Shown here: one piece after another, positions 28,501 through 41,730 of the stretch
Numbering within the stretch: the stretch's first letter is position 1
Layout: each line of letters begins with the position of its first letter
NCBI GenBank assembly: GCA_043228905.1
Contig: JBHGNT010000001.1
Location: 35,030,001-35,094,000 of the forward strand
Origin: Azolla caroliniana
Taxonomy: Eukaryota; Plantae; Polypodiophyta
Direction of reading: 5' to 3'
DNA: 64,000 nt
The notes under the pieces: model-generated
What the model saw: only the letters and a program-made list of their open reading frames with translations
The model's database searches: none
What the model was told of the DNA's origin: nothing
Made by a program: the position numbers and the translations under genes

Positions 28501-30280
28501 TGGAGGGATATGTGTGTACAAGAACACACTCTATATTAGATATATCTTCTGCAACAGGGATCATATATGCGAGTGGCAATCCCATTAGAAACCACTGGTT
28601 TCCGCATGACTTTGATCTGTGTTGTGTTTCAATAACAACACTTGATCTTCATCTTGTCCCTAAAGACATGCTTTCACGTCATGCTTCAGCAAGAAATAAT
28701 GTCTTTCCAACTGAGCTTTACAAAGTAAAGTTATATTATATTGAATTACCTGCCACAGAGATTGGAGATCGGAGTGGCGATCTCCTCTCGGAAAGCATCC
28801 AGTTTCATAACCATGATCTGCATTGTATCTCTGAGAGTGGAACAGTGATTTGAGACTTGGCACTTTGGGTCCACACTGCCCTAACACTGCTGCACACCTA
28901 TTTAACCAATAAACCAAGACACGTCACTATTCAATAGTACAAGCTTAACTTTAGTCAAACACATGAACAAGAGATCTTTGCACAAAGCTTAGTTCAAGTT
29001 TAAAATATGACAAATTATTATTAGCAGAATGTTCCTTACATAGAAAATAGCATTTTCAGAGAGTGCAACACAAATACTACTTACTAACAGATTAAATTTC
29101 TTGTTATAAGAAACGAATTGATATCAACAGCGGCTTAATTGATTTAGATAGCGAAAAAAATATCATTACAGAAACCTTAGTTTCTTGGTCAAAAATATGA
29201 CAGATGATCATCATGCAGCACCTTCCGTTTTTTGCTCTAAAGAAGCGGATAATAATCAAGAAGTTTAGATTTTTAGATAGTAAATAAGTTTTCGTAAATG
29301 TAAATGGAATATTATTAATAACGACGTCATTGATTATGTTACCGAAAAGTTTATCATTAGCAGAAAGCTTAAGTTTTAGTGACGAATAACGGACTATTAG
29401 TAACAAAAGCTACACATGGTGGTTATTAAAACAGATAGTTATCGAAAAGCTTAGTTCTTTCGTCAGAAGAAATAGGTAGATAGCAGAACAAACAAAATAT
29501 CAGTAAAAATCGTCAGGAAGTAATCGAGGAAAGCTCAAGACGGAAGCTTTTCTTTATGCCAAGGAAATCTCTCTCAAAGGAATCGGCCATTAGCGAACTA
29601 TATGAATTTAGCTTCACCTTTAATTTTCGTTAATGTTAAGTCAAGAAAAATCAAAAAGGAAATCAACAGAAGAAATCATGGATTTAACATAAGATTTTTA
29701 TTGTCGTGGAAGCTACAACTAATAATCATAACAGAAACCGCAATCAAATAAGAAGATGGAGGAAGCGAAGGCCAGGGTAAAAAAAATGTTGATTAGTAAG
29801 GAAAGCTATTTTCGTTCGTGAAACAGAAGAAGAAGAAATTGAGAAATCTGTGATGAAAAAATTAATCGAAATTAAAAGCTCAAACACCTGAGCTCTCCCA
29901 ATTGCTATGATGAAAGCTTGTTAAAACAAACTGACTAGATTACGGTATCATACTGGCATCAGCAGAAGGCCTTTATCAAGTAGCAATAAAATAATTGAAT
30001 AGCACAAGACACTCCGCATGAAAATCAAAGATGCGATATCAGAATAGGTGTAGTAGCTCCTAATGAAAATAATTAAAAAGGATAAGAGAATATTTTGATC
30101 AATCACAGGAATTATACTAGATTAAATAAAACGAATGATAATAGAAGCGTTTCCTGAAACTGTCAACGGATTAAAATTCTACAGCGGATTAGCACTAGAA
30201 GCTTTAGTGAATTAAAAACAGATATTAGATCAGCAGTAGAAGTTGTACCAAGTAAAAGAGTATGAAATTGATACTTACAT
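22512..30280 (-). CDS. CHUP1-related proline-rich protein (At4g04980/At1g61080/At1g11070-like); 14 coding exons, ~845 aa
   Basis: Exons (minus) 30280-30279 (AT), 28897-28750, 28070-27990, 27566-27468, 26908-26708, 26244-26140, 26047-25997, 25898-25835, 25750-25547, 25174-24310, 24095-23930, 23471-23307, 23199-23047, 22745-22512; GT-AG and phase-consistent (2538 nt). Motifs: ELRRRVADLREVLKLPPC, P13 tract, GMAEALAEITRRSSYFRNIEDDV, LEQLTDESQVLAKFEGFP, IKEAMVGLSS, and WRVFQLAFRVHNFAGGHDD. Exons upstream of 26908 are less certain. Confidence 0.88.
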
Positions 30281-31520
30281 CTTATTGCTGACCAGACCTC
30301 GAGAGAGAGCGTACTGAGCTCACAGCGGAAATGCTTTATGCATTAATTCCGTGATGTACGTTCGCTGGGATGAAGTTTCTATCTATAGCTATGCAATTCC
30401 ATCTGGAAACCAAGAATGTAGCTTCAGAAATGGAAGCAGATTAACGGCTTGTTTGTAAGGAAGCTCTAGTCAGATACAGATCTGCATAAAGTAGGAGAGA
30501 TCAGAGAAAAGATAACATCAAATCATGGAAATCTCTCTATGCCTAATTGTATATACATATGTTCATAAAAGTGTTGTGTTGCCTTCGTTCGGTAGATATC
30601 AACCAGCAGACAAACAAAAACAAGAGAAAGCAAGACAGTGAAAAAAGGTCTGAATATCTCAGTAATTTTTTATTGGTGAAAAAGAATGCGAGGATGGAGT
30701 CGAATATAAAATAAGAAGGAAGACAAAGATGGTTTGGTAAGAATTCAGTGTACATTGGATGGAATATAAAGATCAATATGATTTCACGACTGCGGAAACT
30801 TCACTTCACATTCATTCATTCACTAAGCTTTCTCTTTGTCTATTTCTTTCATCTTCTCCTCTTCCTCCTTTCTTTTGTTCCTCTCTCTCCTTCTTTTTTG
30901 TTTGGTGTTCTTTAGTTCTTCTTTCTTTTCATGAAAGCAACCCGTGATTGATCATTCAAAAAGAAGAGATAAAGAAGAAGAAAGCAAGAAAAAGGAGGTG
31001 AAAAAGACGGCGATGACAGAAAGGGAAGGTAAAAAATGGAAGATGAAGGCGAAAGAGAACATGAAGAAGAGGAAAAGGGAAAAAAGAAGCGTACCGTGAA
31101 TCCAACGGAGACTTTCGGTTGTGTTTGTTGTTGTTTACTGTGAAGACAAAAACGAGGAATAAGAGGAAAACAATGACTTGTGATGGTATGTACTGCGATG
31201 GCGAGCTTCCATGGCGGAGAAAACGTGAGCCGGGTTTGATGCGGGCGACAGAGAACGCAATAGAGAGGGAGTGAGCGGTGCTGCAGTGATGAAGGAGATA
31301 GAGAGATACAGGCAGAGATGGAAGGAGATACAGAGATATGAAGGGGGGGGAGGGTTTTCTGTGTGGATAGATGGGGATTGTCGCAATTGCAATGGCAATG
31401 GCAATGGCGAAGCTCGAGAGGTTGATTGTGAGAGAAGAAATCAGTTGGAGTTGGAGGGGGGGAGTGAGGAGTGAGGAGGAGTGAAGGAGAGAATTTTGAA
31501 CTTTTGAAAACGCCTTTCTT
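30279..31520 (-). other. Putative spliced 5' leader of the CHUP1-like gene
   Basis: Exon 30481-30279 (acceptor TTTATGCAG, donor GTAAGT). A CT-rich upstream exon ends at 31095 (donor CG|GTACGC). The intervening intron is pyrimidine-rich on the minus strand. The TSS is not determined. Confidence 0.6.
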
Positions 31521-31590
31521 GGTTTGACGGTAAAGGCGAGGACACCAAAAACATAAAATAAAATACATAAAGACGGACATACACAGACAG

Positions 31591-31594
<4 letters not shown>

Positions 31595-31671
<77 letters not shown>
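31595..31671. repeat. Compound (GT)n(CT)n microsatellite
   Basis: Directly visible, just upstream of the putative first exon of the CHUP1-like gene. Confidence 0.95.
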
Positions 31672-31674
<3 letters not shown>

Positions 31675-31764
31675 GCATGAACAATGAATCTATGGTCTAA
31701 CTGACTCTAATATGGACAAAACAACCACCCATAAACCCTACTTACTCACTTACTCTACACACAA

Positions 31765-32001
31765 TATCCTACACCCAATCGGAGCACATATCAAGCATTC
31801 CCAATCTCTCGTGATCCTTATGGACCGGCCTCGCCCTACCCCAATGCTATTGACTCAGGCTTATTGAGTTCTGAGTTGCCACATGCATCGTGCGTTTTTT
31901 TTGAGTCCCCCCTCCCTACTACTCGTGCCGCAAGTTGAGGTGCACCGCGTGCAATCACGAGATTTGGGAATCTGCAGCATTCGAATTTGGGTTGTTAGAT
32001 A
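31765..32001. repeat. Imperfect inverted repeat (MITE-like fold-back, ~240 bp)
   Basis: ATTCCCAATCTCTCGTGAT (31797-31815) versus ATCACGAGATTTGGGAAT (31954-31971). Outer arms are TATCCTACACCCAATCGGAGC and GCATTCGAATTTGGGTTGTTAGATA. Confidence 0.6.
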
Positions 32002-35000
32002 GTATGATTTTAGTTCATTGATTGTGGAGAGTCTCATAGCAACACCCCTGTTTATTTGTACGATTTTGCCATAAATATGTAATAAACTTAACCTTGCCCA
32101 CGATTTTCTTGGGAGGGTCTACTATTACATGTTGAACGTGAAAGCAAAAGGGTGGTGTGCCAAGGAATGTTTGGGAAATTAGAGGAGATTTGCAGAGCTG
32201 GTAACCATTGCATCGTTGCTTGATGTGTCAACCATTGCCTTGTATTTTTTTTTCTGAGGCATTAGATAGATAGATTATATTGTTGTCAATTAAGTTATAA
32301 CGATGGTCATGAAAAAAATAAAGTTTGAGTGTAGCTTTTCTTGGATCCCCTCCCGTTCCTTCAATGTGAAATCACAACTTTACCTCTTGTGACAATTTGT
32401 GATTTTATCAAATGTTCTCAATCTTCTTACTTTTTGGCTCATCTCTGATCTCACTCGCTCGGTCAAGGGGACTTAAAAAAGAGATTCGAGGCCATAACAT
32501 GAGAAATGGAAGCTTCAGGATTGAAGGTAAAGCGGGAGGAATATGTATTAACCGTCGATTTATTCCCGTTTGAGATACATATGTATATGTACATACATAA
32601 TTTGAAAATTTGTGTGTGTGTTTTCATAAGCCATCCGAAGGTGAGGAAGGCGACTGATTCTTTTTCTCGTCTTCCAATGAAAGACTGCTGCTGATGATGA
32701 TGATGCTATTGATTGAAGTCAGTCAGCCCCCTCCCCTAAACCCATTCCCTCTCTCGTACGGACCACGAATTCCAGTTAGACCAGTTGAAGCCCACTAGCA
32801 TTTAAGATTCGCTCGTTTCTCCCAAAATACATCAATGAGGGAAGGAAGGAAGGAATGGCTCATGAGTCATGAGTGAGAAATGGGAGTGAATGGGGGGGGG
32901 GGGGGGGGGGTACTTCCATCCAGCTTTAGCCTACTCCACAGTCTGCGACTACTACTACTACTACACTTTCAGTCCCCTCATGAGTTCAATAATAAGATGT
33001 ATTCTCCAAATTATCTCTTTCTCGAATCTCCACTATAACCTTAAGATATATATATATTAATATATATTCATTTTTGTAAGTTAATTGAGCCATCAAGCAT
33101 CCCTTTTCTCGAGGCAATTGAGTGCCAGAGTGAGTGAGGTCTACTTAGAACCCAAAAAGTCGGCCTCGGCCTCGCCCCCGCCCACCGGCCGGCCGAAAAA
33201 GACACAAATGAGATGCCCTCTACACAACCAACCACACACATACAAGAGCCATCCATCTCTTTGGAAAGCAAACCCAAGGCTTAATTAAGTGGGAACTTAC
33301 TCAGGCATGCCACTATTACTAAAACCGAAATCATGAGGCGTCTCATCCTATTGCGGCCTTGGGATGGGTCATGAAAAGTCCCCATATTTAATCTTGGTAT
33401 TCCTATTTGGTATTTGTTGTATTCCATTTCTCGAGCAATTGACCGACATATATCATATTGGTCCCGTTTGCCTCCCCACACAGACACAATTAAACACATC
33501 TTTTCTTCTTTCAATTGTCTCTTACTCTAGTCCTCTCTTCTCAAGTTTGGGAAACCTACGAATTTCTAGAGCTTCCTCTCTCTTTCTATATATTTGTGTG
33601 TGTGTGTGTGTGTGTGTGTGTAGAAACTATGACTTCCTAGAGTCTCCCCTCTCTCTACATACACACATACATACATACATGTACATATATATATATTCAT
33701 TTCCTTTATGTTCCTCATGGAATTTTTTATTGTGTGATAGGCGTCCTAAATCTTGAAGGTGTGCCAAATTTCGAATACCAAAGCACTCAAAACCCCTCTT
33801 TCACTTGTCGAATATCAAGTTCCAATGATGGTGGCTCGAGCATATTCATCGTACCTCGAGATGCCCATCACGATTGAACCCCATCAATCAACACACATTT
33901 GCGCCATTGCTGAAATGTTCTGGTGACATTATCATGATTCATGACACATCATGTTAATCTATCTCATCGGACATCACTTTTCGGTTGAATGAACATCATG
34001 TACGCTACAGCCTACTATTCATTCCTCTTTTTTAACTTGAACCCTTTTATATCTCCATTCAACTCTATGGTGCATACACAAAGTTTGTAACATTTGTTTT
34101 GCATTGATTTTATTCAACATTTTAAAGCATTTCAGACCTTGTATAGTAGTTTAATCATGTTTTAGAAGTGGACTTTTATCTAGCTTTGTGAATGAAAGGA
34201 TGATAATTTTCCTACTTTTTAAACATGATATTAGACTTTTGAAATACCTCATATGTTACCTTCGTTTTTACAAGTCTTTGGATGTTATTGATTCATTTTG
34301 TTAGTATATGTCCATACACAATTTTTACATAGTTAAAATGCGTTCTATACTAAGTTGAACCTTCATAAAAATTGTTTTTCAACTTTTTTGGAAAATAAAA
34401 ATGTTTTTCAACCTTCTTTGGCCACATGGATGAAATTAATGCATTGATTTATTGTATTTCAAAACATGCTTTCCATGACAAAGATAACAAGGCAAAACCA
34501 ATATTGGATGAAGTGTTGGAATACCATTGTTGTGTTGCCTATCTGAAAATTTGTATGCCCTACTGCTATATATTTCAGCACAGGTTTGAAGCCAAATTTT
34601 TGTTTATGAAAATGCCAAATAAAAGTATGAAAGTAGTTGTATTGCATGTAATGTGTACAAGTGAAGCTCCATGAGGAGTGAGTGTTCATTTATGTTTTCG
34701 GTAGGCGTATACTACATCACTTTCATCATTATGTAAGTCACGAAATCTAATTTGATCGATTTTAGCTAAAGTCAACCTTTACCTTTGTCTACTCGGGGAA
34801 AGTGTAGGATGATTTTGCTTTTACTGGCCTACCTTTGTACTGGATAGTCATGTCAAAATGTCATTCGTGAATGCTCTCGCTATATACCAGCCTAGAAAAA
34901 GCAACTTACAATATCATATCATTAAAACAAATTTTGTTAGGTGATTTGTGACTCCAACTTTACATATTAGCAAGGAAATTTTGTGAGCTCAATTTTAGTG

Positions 35001-38000
35001 ACATATATTTCGCCGTAAGAAAATGTAAGTCCAAAATCTCTTATCATTATTATCACATGCTCCGTCCACTCTTAACAACACATGGTTGTGAATCAAACAA
35101 CAAGAATGTAAAATATTACGTGGACAATAGCTTACAAGAATTCATCTTCTAGTTTTACATCCTTTGAAACTAACATAATTTTCATCATCTACCTAATTAA
35201 CATGGACTAAACGAATCAAAATAGATATTGGTTACAAAGTTGTGATTCTCTGTACTATTCTATCATATATTTGTACTTTTTCATTGCATAATGGCATACA
35301 TAATATGCAGTTAAGCTTCATTGAGGTAGAACTTTTATTTGTTACATTGAATATCTGTAACCAAGTAGTTGTTCCTCACATTACTCTACAATTATCCTCA
35401 TACAAAACGAATATATCATAGTCATGCTTGGTTGCGCTCACATCCTCCTTCCTTTTGGCCATGCTTTGTGTACCGAGATCCTACACGTTACTCCAAATTC
35501 TCATTGTTCAACAACTCTAGAGAGTATGTTCCATTGTAGTATTTGTCAAAAGTAGACGTCAACAATTACCATCCACTAGCCAATCGAGGATTATTTGGTG
35601 AAAGAACTTGAATACGTTCTTTAGTAAGAGTGGCAACCAAGATTGAGTCCATAATATGAAGCCATTATGTCAATGTCTAAAGGATGATGATTGGTTTGAG
35701 TTACACTGATGGCAACATGGGGTGAATGTGTATCATGATATAAGAGGTTGGTGGGATGTTGAAGGTGGTTTTTGATTCGTGTATACTTAATTCCCATGAT
35801 AGTTGATGTTGATGTAGTTTCCGGGGTATTAGGTTCACCTCACTAATGTTACTTGAAGTCATAATATCCCATGGGAGGGGACAAACCATTTCATATCAAG
35901 TGGTTGTGTAGTTGTTGCATAGGTGCATGACACTGGAGAATAGGAAACATAAGCAAGGAAGATGAGTACACAAAAAATTCATTGGGCTTATTTGAAACAA
36001 ACCCTTCCCACACATGTTGTATAGGAGATATTAGTATCCCTAGAAAATGAATCTAGCATAGAATGTTGTGATTACTTTATTTTGATAAAAAGTCTCAAGA
36101 AAAATCCGAAATAGGAATACATCAGTATAGTGTGAATGGGTCAAATTTCTCACTATAATGTGTTGGAAATCAATAAAATTTTGGATACACTAGAAACAAT
36201 AATAAAACTCCTTTCAAAGAGTATAATCAGTCCTTTGTGAAGAAAACTCATCACTGCTAAAAGATAGTCAATTATAGTGTTAAAAACGCAATTCTAATGA
36301 TGGCTAACATAGAGGGTGATGGAAATGATTCCAATAACATTAATGCAGAATTTCTAATCTACCATTTGCCACATTTTCTAGTCAAGGGAGTCAATAAATT
36401 GTAATAAACGCAAACATAAAGTCTTTAAGTCACTTGCTCTCTTGCACATGAAACCGTCTTGTGGCACTTCAAGAGGGCAGTAAAACAACAATCAAAGTGA
36501 ACATTAAGACAATAATAAACAACTGGTACAAAAAAGAAACATCTTAAAGAAAGATCAAATCCTCAACAAGGAATGTGGCACATGTTGGGCCTCAAACACA
36601 AGTTGCAATGCTTGATATATCTTTATGTAAATGAAAGGAAAAGAATAGAGCTCTATTCGAACTCAGAAAATGCATCTATAACAAAACCCTAATTATCTAC
36701 CATTGAACTCTCAAATAGTTGTGAACTACTCTTTGATAAACCTTTTGTATGAATCTATATATAATGAGCCATTATCTTATGAGTAACGCAATAATATCAC
36801 TAGGCTTAACATAGTTATTAATCTCACCATGATTAACTTAATCTATTACTCACTATGACAAATAGCTATAATAAAAATGAGTGTAGGTAAATACATTTCT
36901 TCTCGAAGATGGATATGAGAAAGGAGGCATTCAAGAGAAGTGTTGATGATGGCGTTCGTTGAAATGGTAGTTCCAATATATTGTGGTAAATCATAAGGAC
37001 GAGTAGAAGAGTGATGATCCATCTAAAGTAAAGAATTGTTGGGTTATATTGGTTTCTAGAATTACAACACAAGTATATGATATCTTATTGGAAGTGTCTC
37101 CATAGCATTATCCTTTCTAGATACAAGACTAACTAGGGTACATATGCTTCAAGAACATGATGACAATAGTTCAATTTTTTCGTATCGTGTTTTTCGGGGT
37201 GGTTTGTGATTTAAGAAGTATGGCTTAAAAATCCTAATTTTAGCTTAAAGAACAAGTTGGATTTTGAGGGGGATAAACATCTATTATTAGGGGTTATTGT
37301 ATTTATGATGATGTGGGTTGTAATTGCAACTATGACGATTTTTTTTTGCATGTTTATAAAGAAAGAAAGGAACCAATTTCATGGCGTTTTCAAATTTAGA
37401 TTCTTGAAGTATTTTGCTAATCTCTACAAGGATACTCGAAGTGTGTCCATTAATAGATGTTTGAGTAATGATGAATTTTTGTCACATGGAAGAAAGGGGA
37501 AACAACATCAACATAATTTGCCCATTATTGTCGTGAATAGAATTATCAAGAATAATATGGTGAAGTTTTGCGGACCATCTTTCAATAAAAGCTTCCACTA
37601 CCTCAAATTCTTCCATTCTAGAATATAAATATTTTTAAGGGTATAAATATGCTTGGAAGATTTAATTCTATATATTAACTCTTAAAGTATTGTCATCTCT
37701 TTACATATTTGAAATATTTTTGTTTTCCGTCCGCCATTGCATGTGAATTTGTCTACATTAGCAAGTTTTTGCTCACCACTCGAGAAGTTCAATCATTTAT
37801 TGGGGGTTGTTCAATGAGTCACTCAAGAAGTTTTGAGTCAATTTCCATTGAACCCATTGAGTTTTTACCCCAATTGTGGTGTGTGTATGCATGTGTTTAT
37901 GCACATTGTTTAATGTTACTAGGATGCCTAATCCTAATTGTTTTTAAATTTTTGAAGATGTCAATATGATTGAAGTGTTATTTGCTTTTACCAAACATAA

Positions 38001-39610
38001 ACTCTATCAAATTTGCTGATTTTTAAATTACCGGTATGAACAAGTTGGATTTAGAGTTACTCTAGAATTGTTGAACATGATTTCACCATTGTCTTCCATC
38101 AAATATCTATGACATGCAAGTCCGGGATCAACAAATATGGCCAAAATACCACATTATTCTTAACGTAGTTTTTAAATGCTTTGAATACGTGTACAATACA
38201 TTGAATACGTGCAAAATAAGTTAAATACATGAAAAAGTGAAATGGCAATTCTAAAATGTAGTATACGTATAGAATACTTCAAAGTATTCTAAAATGTATT
38301 CTAAACGTAGAATCCACATTTTTTTTAAACTATGTATGAAAATTAAACATCCAAACTTTGTTTTTTCCAATATTATGTTTATTGGGTGTTGAGACACTCT
38401 TTATAAACATTCATAGGTTGAAGGAGAAATAAGTGAAGAAGAGGGAAAGCAATCAATGTTTGTAGAAGGACTCCCAAATTCCAATTGAGGGTTCACTATG
38501 GATTGGGAGAGTTGGCCAATGAGAGGGCACACAAAGTTTTGACTAGAGATAATATTCACTAGAGTTGAAATTTTAAAACGAGAGAGCTTTGTATGGCAAG
38601 TGTCTAGTTTGTTATCTTGGTTGTATTTGGTGGAGATAACACTTGTTAAGAAAAGGATTGAAAAATAGGTTAAATCAATATTAGGATGGATGAGTGAAGA
38701 AGCTTTCAATGCAAATAGAATAATACATAATTTAGTAGCTACAACCATGATATTACATTTTCAAACCTTAGGTTTTGGAAAATGATTTGCAAAGCCATGG
38801 TCACAAACGTAAAATAAGATGATTCTTTTAATAAGAACTCAACATCAATTCCACTAGTCAAGATTAACCATGGCCCAAGTCTTGACCACATCATCAGGTT
38901 TTTTTATTTAAATCAGACCACCACGCCACTTTGTCTTCAAATGTTAAGAGACGAAAACAACGTTTGACTTGCTTGTGTTAAGCATATCGCTAGCATTCAT
39001 TATGACCTAGGATCAAACTCGAGAAGGGATTGTATTCTATTGTAACGTCTATTTGTGACGGTGTAAAGTCTTGACACATGCATGATTGTGAAGTCTTGTT
39101 AGGCTGCATGCATAGACCGTATGACACCAATCTAATATTGTTTTGTAAATGACATATACATTGATTGTTCTAAATGATATACATTGACTACTGTCACACT
39201 TGCGAGACCACTATTCAAGCATGTTTATGAGACCTTGACTCGGAGCCTATGTCGTCTCGGTTAACTCTTCAGATCATTTCACCAGTTTCATATAGTGAGC
39301 TCTCTTCGAGTTATTCTATTCTGTTTTGACTTCTACGAGCCTATTGTTGGTACAACAAGGACTTGTATATAATTAGATACATAATCTCCACAAAGATGAG
39401 AAGTGAAGTAAAATGAATATAATTTAAAGCTTAGGATTTTCTCTCTCGAGTCCTCTCCTCTCTTAATCAATGACAATGAGAAAGCAATTGCATATGGAAG
39501 GTGATAGATAAAACAATATCAAACAATATCACTAAGTTTCTCTCTAAAATGTTAAACCTAAAGGTTTAAGTACTACATACAATATAATACATACATTGTC
39601 ATCATGAGCC

Positions 39611-40002
39611 ATGCATTCACTATCTGTTTACCTCTACTTCATAATTTCTTTATTCATTACTGGTACTAAGTTATGAAGTTACCGCTACTAATCTTTTGCA
39701 ACATATCCTCAAGATAACATTACATACATTATTACATATATTAAACATTATTATTTGTACTGCACTTATATTAATTTGGGAATAAGAGTTTATTAATCGC
39801 ATTAAAATAATGCATTCACTATCTCTTTCGTATTTACCTCTACTTCATAATTACTTTATTCATTACTGGTACTAAGTTATGAAGTTACCGCTACTAATCT
39901 TTTGCTACATATCCTCAAGTTAACATTATATTACACATTATTACTTGTACTATATTTATATTAATTTGGGAATAAGATTTTAGTAATCGCATTAAAATAA
40001 TG
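39611..40002. repeat. ~200-bp tandem duplication (2 copies)
   Basis: ATGCATTCACTATCT...TTATTCATTACTGGTACTAAGTTATGAAGTTACCGCTACTAATCTTTTGC...TAATCGCATTAAAATAA starts at 39611 and again at 39810. Confidence 0.95.
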
Positions 40003-41027
40003 TAGAACAACAGATGTGTTCAAGTTTAGTCCCAACTGAGGGGATGATTATGATTTTTTTTTCTAAAAATACCACAAGGTTAATCTAGACTCCATATATA
40101 TACATACTGCATATCTATCTAATTATTACTATCCTATTCCGTAAGCTAATTGACAACTAATCGACTATTTATAGCCTCAATAATTTTGCATTGATGGGAT
40201 GGCCTTGAGATACATATGACAAGACAATTTACACCATCTATATTCTACGAATCAGGGTTGCCAAAATACTACATTCATTCTGCCGATTTGCGGCCTAGTA
40301 GTGTTGAGAGACAGACAGCCAGACCGACAGACAGAAAAAGAGGCCGCTTACTCCTCAATCATTACTGTAGTGGAAAATTATGTAATACAAGCGCCATTAT
40401 ACAAGCTGAAGCCCTCCTCAACCATCTCTGATGCTTCATCGGTTCCTGCCAAAATGGCCCTTCCTCACATGAATCAATCAACATGAGCGGTAGGTAGCGG
40501 GGTTAGCATGTCAACAGGCTAATGATTTGCATTAATTAGTTACAAAATGGCATAACCATGTATGCAGTCAGTGGGCTCTTTGTAAATGTGCATCCGTTTG
40601 TAACAAAATGGCATTAACCATGTCAAGTGTGATCTACTTACTTAACCGAAATATTCCATTTAATTACTCACTCTTCATGTGCTCAACAATTGGTTTTGTC
40701 TCATCATGGCATGAAACACTCTCTTCTATTTCCTTGCTAGAGGAGTAACTTACTCGTACTCGTGAATACTATGTTGGCATGGAAAGGAGAGATTGCACTC
40801 TCAAATTAAATGTTTGTTGCATGTGGATGGAACGAATTCATCCACATTTGTACTCACGATGTCTCCTAGGCCAACTCTCTCTCTTTGTCATCATAATTCA
40901 AACATATCTTTTAATACACTAGATGCTACACTGGAATGTTGCAATTGAACCCATGACTTCTTGGTCTCCATTGGGCAACCTTACAAGCTGAGCTACATCC
41001 ATCTAGGCATCTCTATCTATGTGCATG

Positions 41028-41031
<4 letters not shown>

Positions 41032-41080
<49 letters not shown>
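41032..41080. repeat. (GA)n microsatellite
   Basis: Directly visible. Confidence 0.95.
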
Positions 41081-41083
<3 letters not shown>

Positions 41084-41730
41084 CAATCATATTAATAAAT
41101 GTGTATCACAATGGAATATGGTCACGACTACACGAAGTTGTGGAACATGTCGAATTGCTCATAAGGGGTATAAACACTCCACTAAGGAAGGAATTTCTAC
41201 TCACTCCATGCCACATTAATACTCCATCTTTCGTAGATATGCTTTTGACATTAATCATCCTCTCTTTGGTGAAAACACGCAATTATATTATACTCTCTCT
41301 CACTCTCGACGTACAACAAATGGATACGCACAATATCCGAATCACTATCAATATGTAGAGGAACTTGCATGTTTCATTCTTATGTGCATTAAAGGTAAAC
41401 ATCACATGCACAACAATGATGTCAAATGGAAGGCTGAATGTTCCATGACATATGATTGATCTCAAGTGTAACATATTATTAAGGGCTTTCACTAGTAAAA
41501 AAAGGTATAGATGCTGATTTTGAGATCATATCTCCCACTAGAAATCATTAAAGATGTCAAGAATATACTCTGACCCACCATTCTACTATGTTTTTATGAA
41601 TCAATAGAAGAATGTGAATGAAGCAAGCCACCTCTAAATGGAACATCAATGAATTTATGTTAAGACCTAGACCCTTACCACATCTTTGGTTAGGTTTGCC
41701 AAACCTAAACTGTTAAATTATCTTTAATGT

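Noticed and set aside
30912-31684. Three overlapping minus-strand ORFs (222, 242 and 89 aa)
   Set aside because: These are stop-poor CT-rich 5'UTR, intron and microsatellite sequence, not protein-like.
31720-32000. Telomerase RNA candidate (AAACCCTA next to a structured region)
   Set aside because: The template-like stretch is only one repeat long and lies outside the fold-back. I saw no USE/TATA Pol III promoter. A telo-box is the simpler explanation; Rfam or a TR covariance model would settle it.
34200-39000. Possible additional TE relics (RT-like and hAT-like fragments; also 47000-48700 and 51500-51900)
   Set aside because: Motif traces were too weak to assign a family or boundaries without a search.
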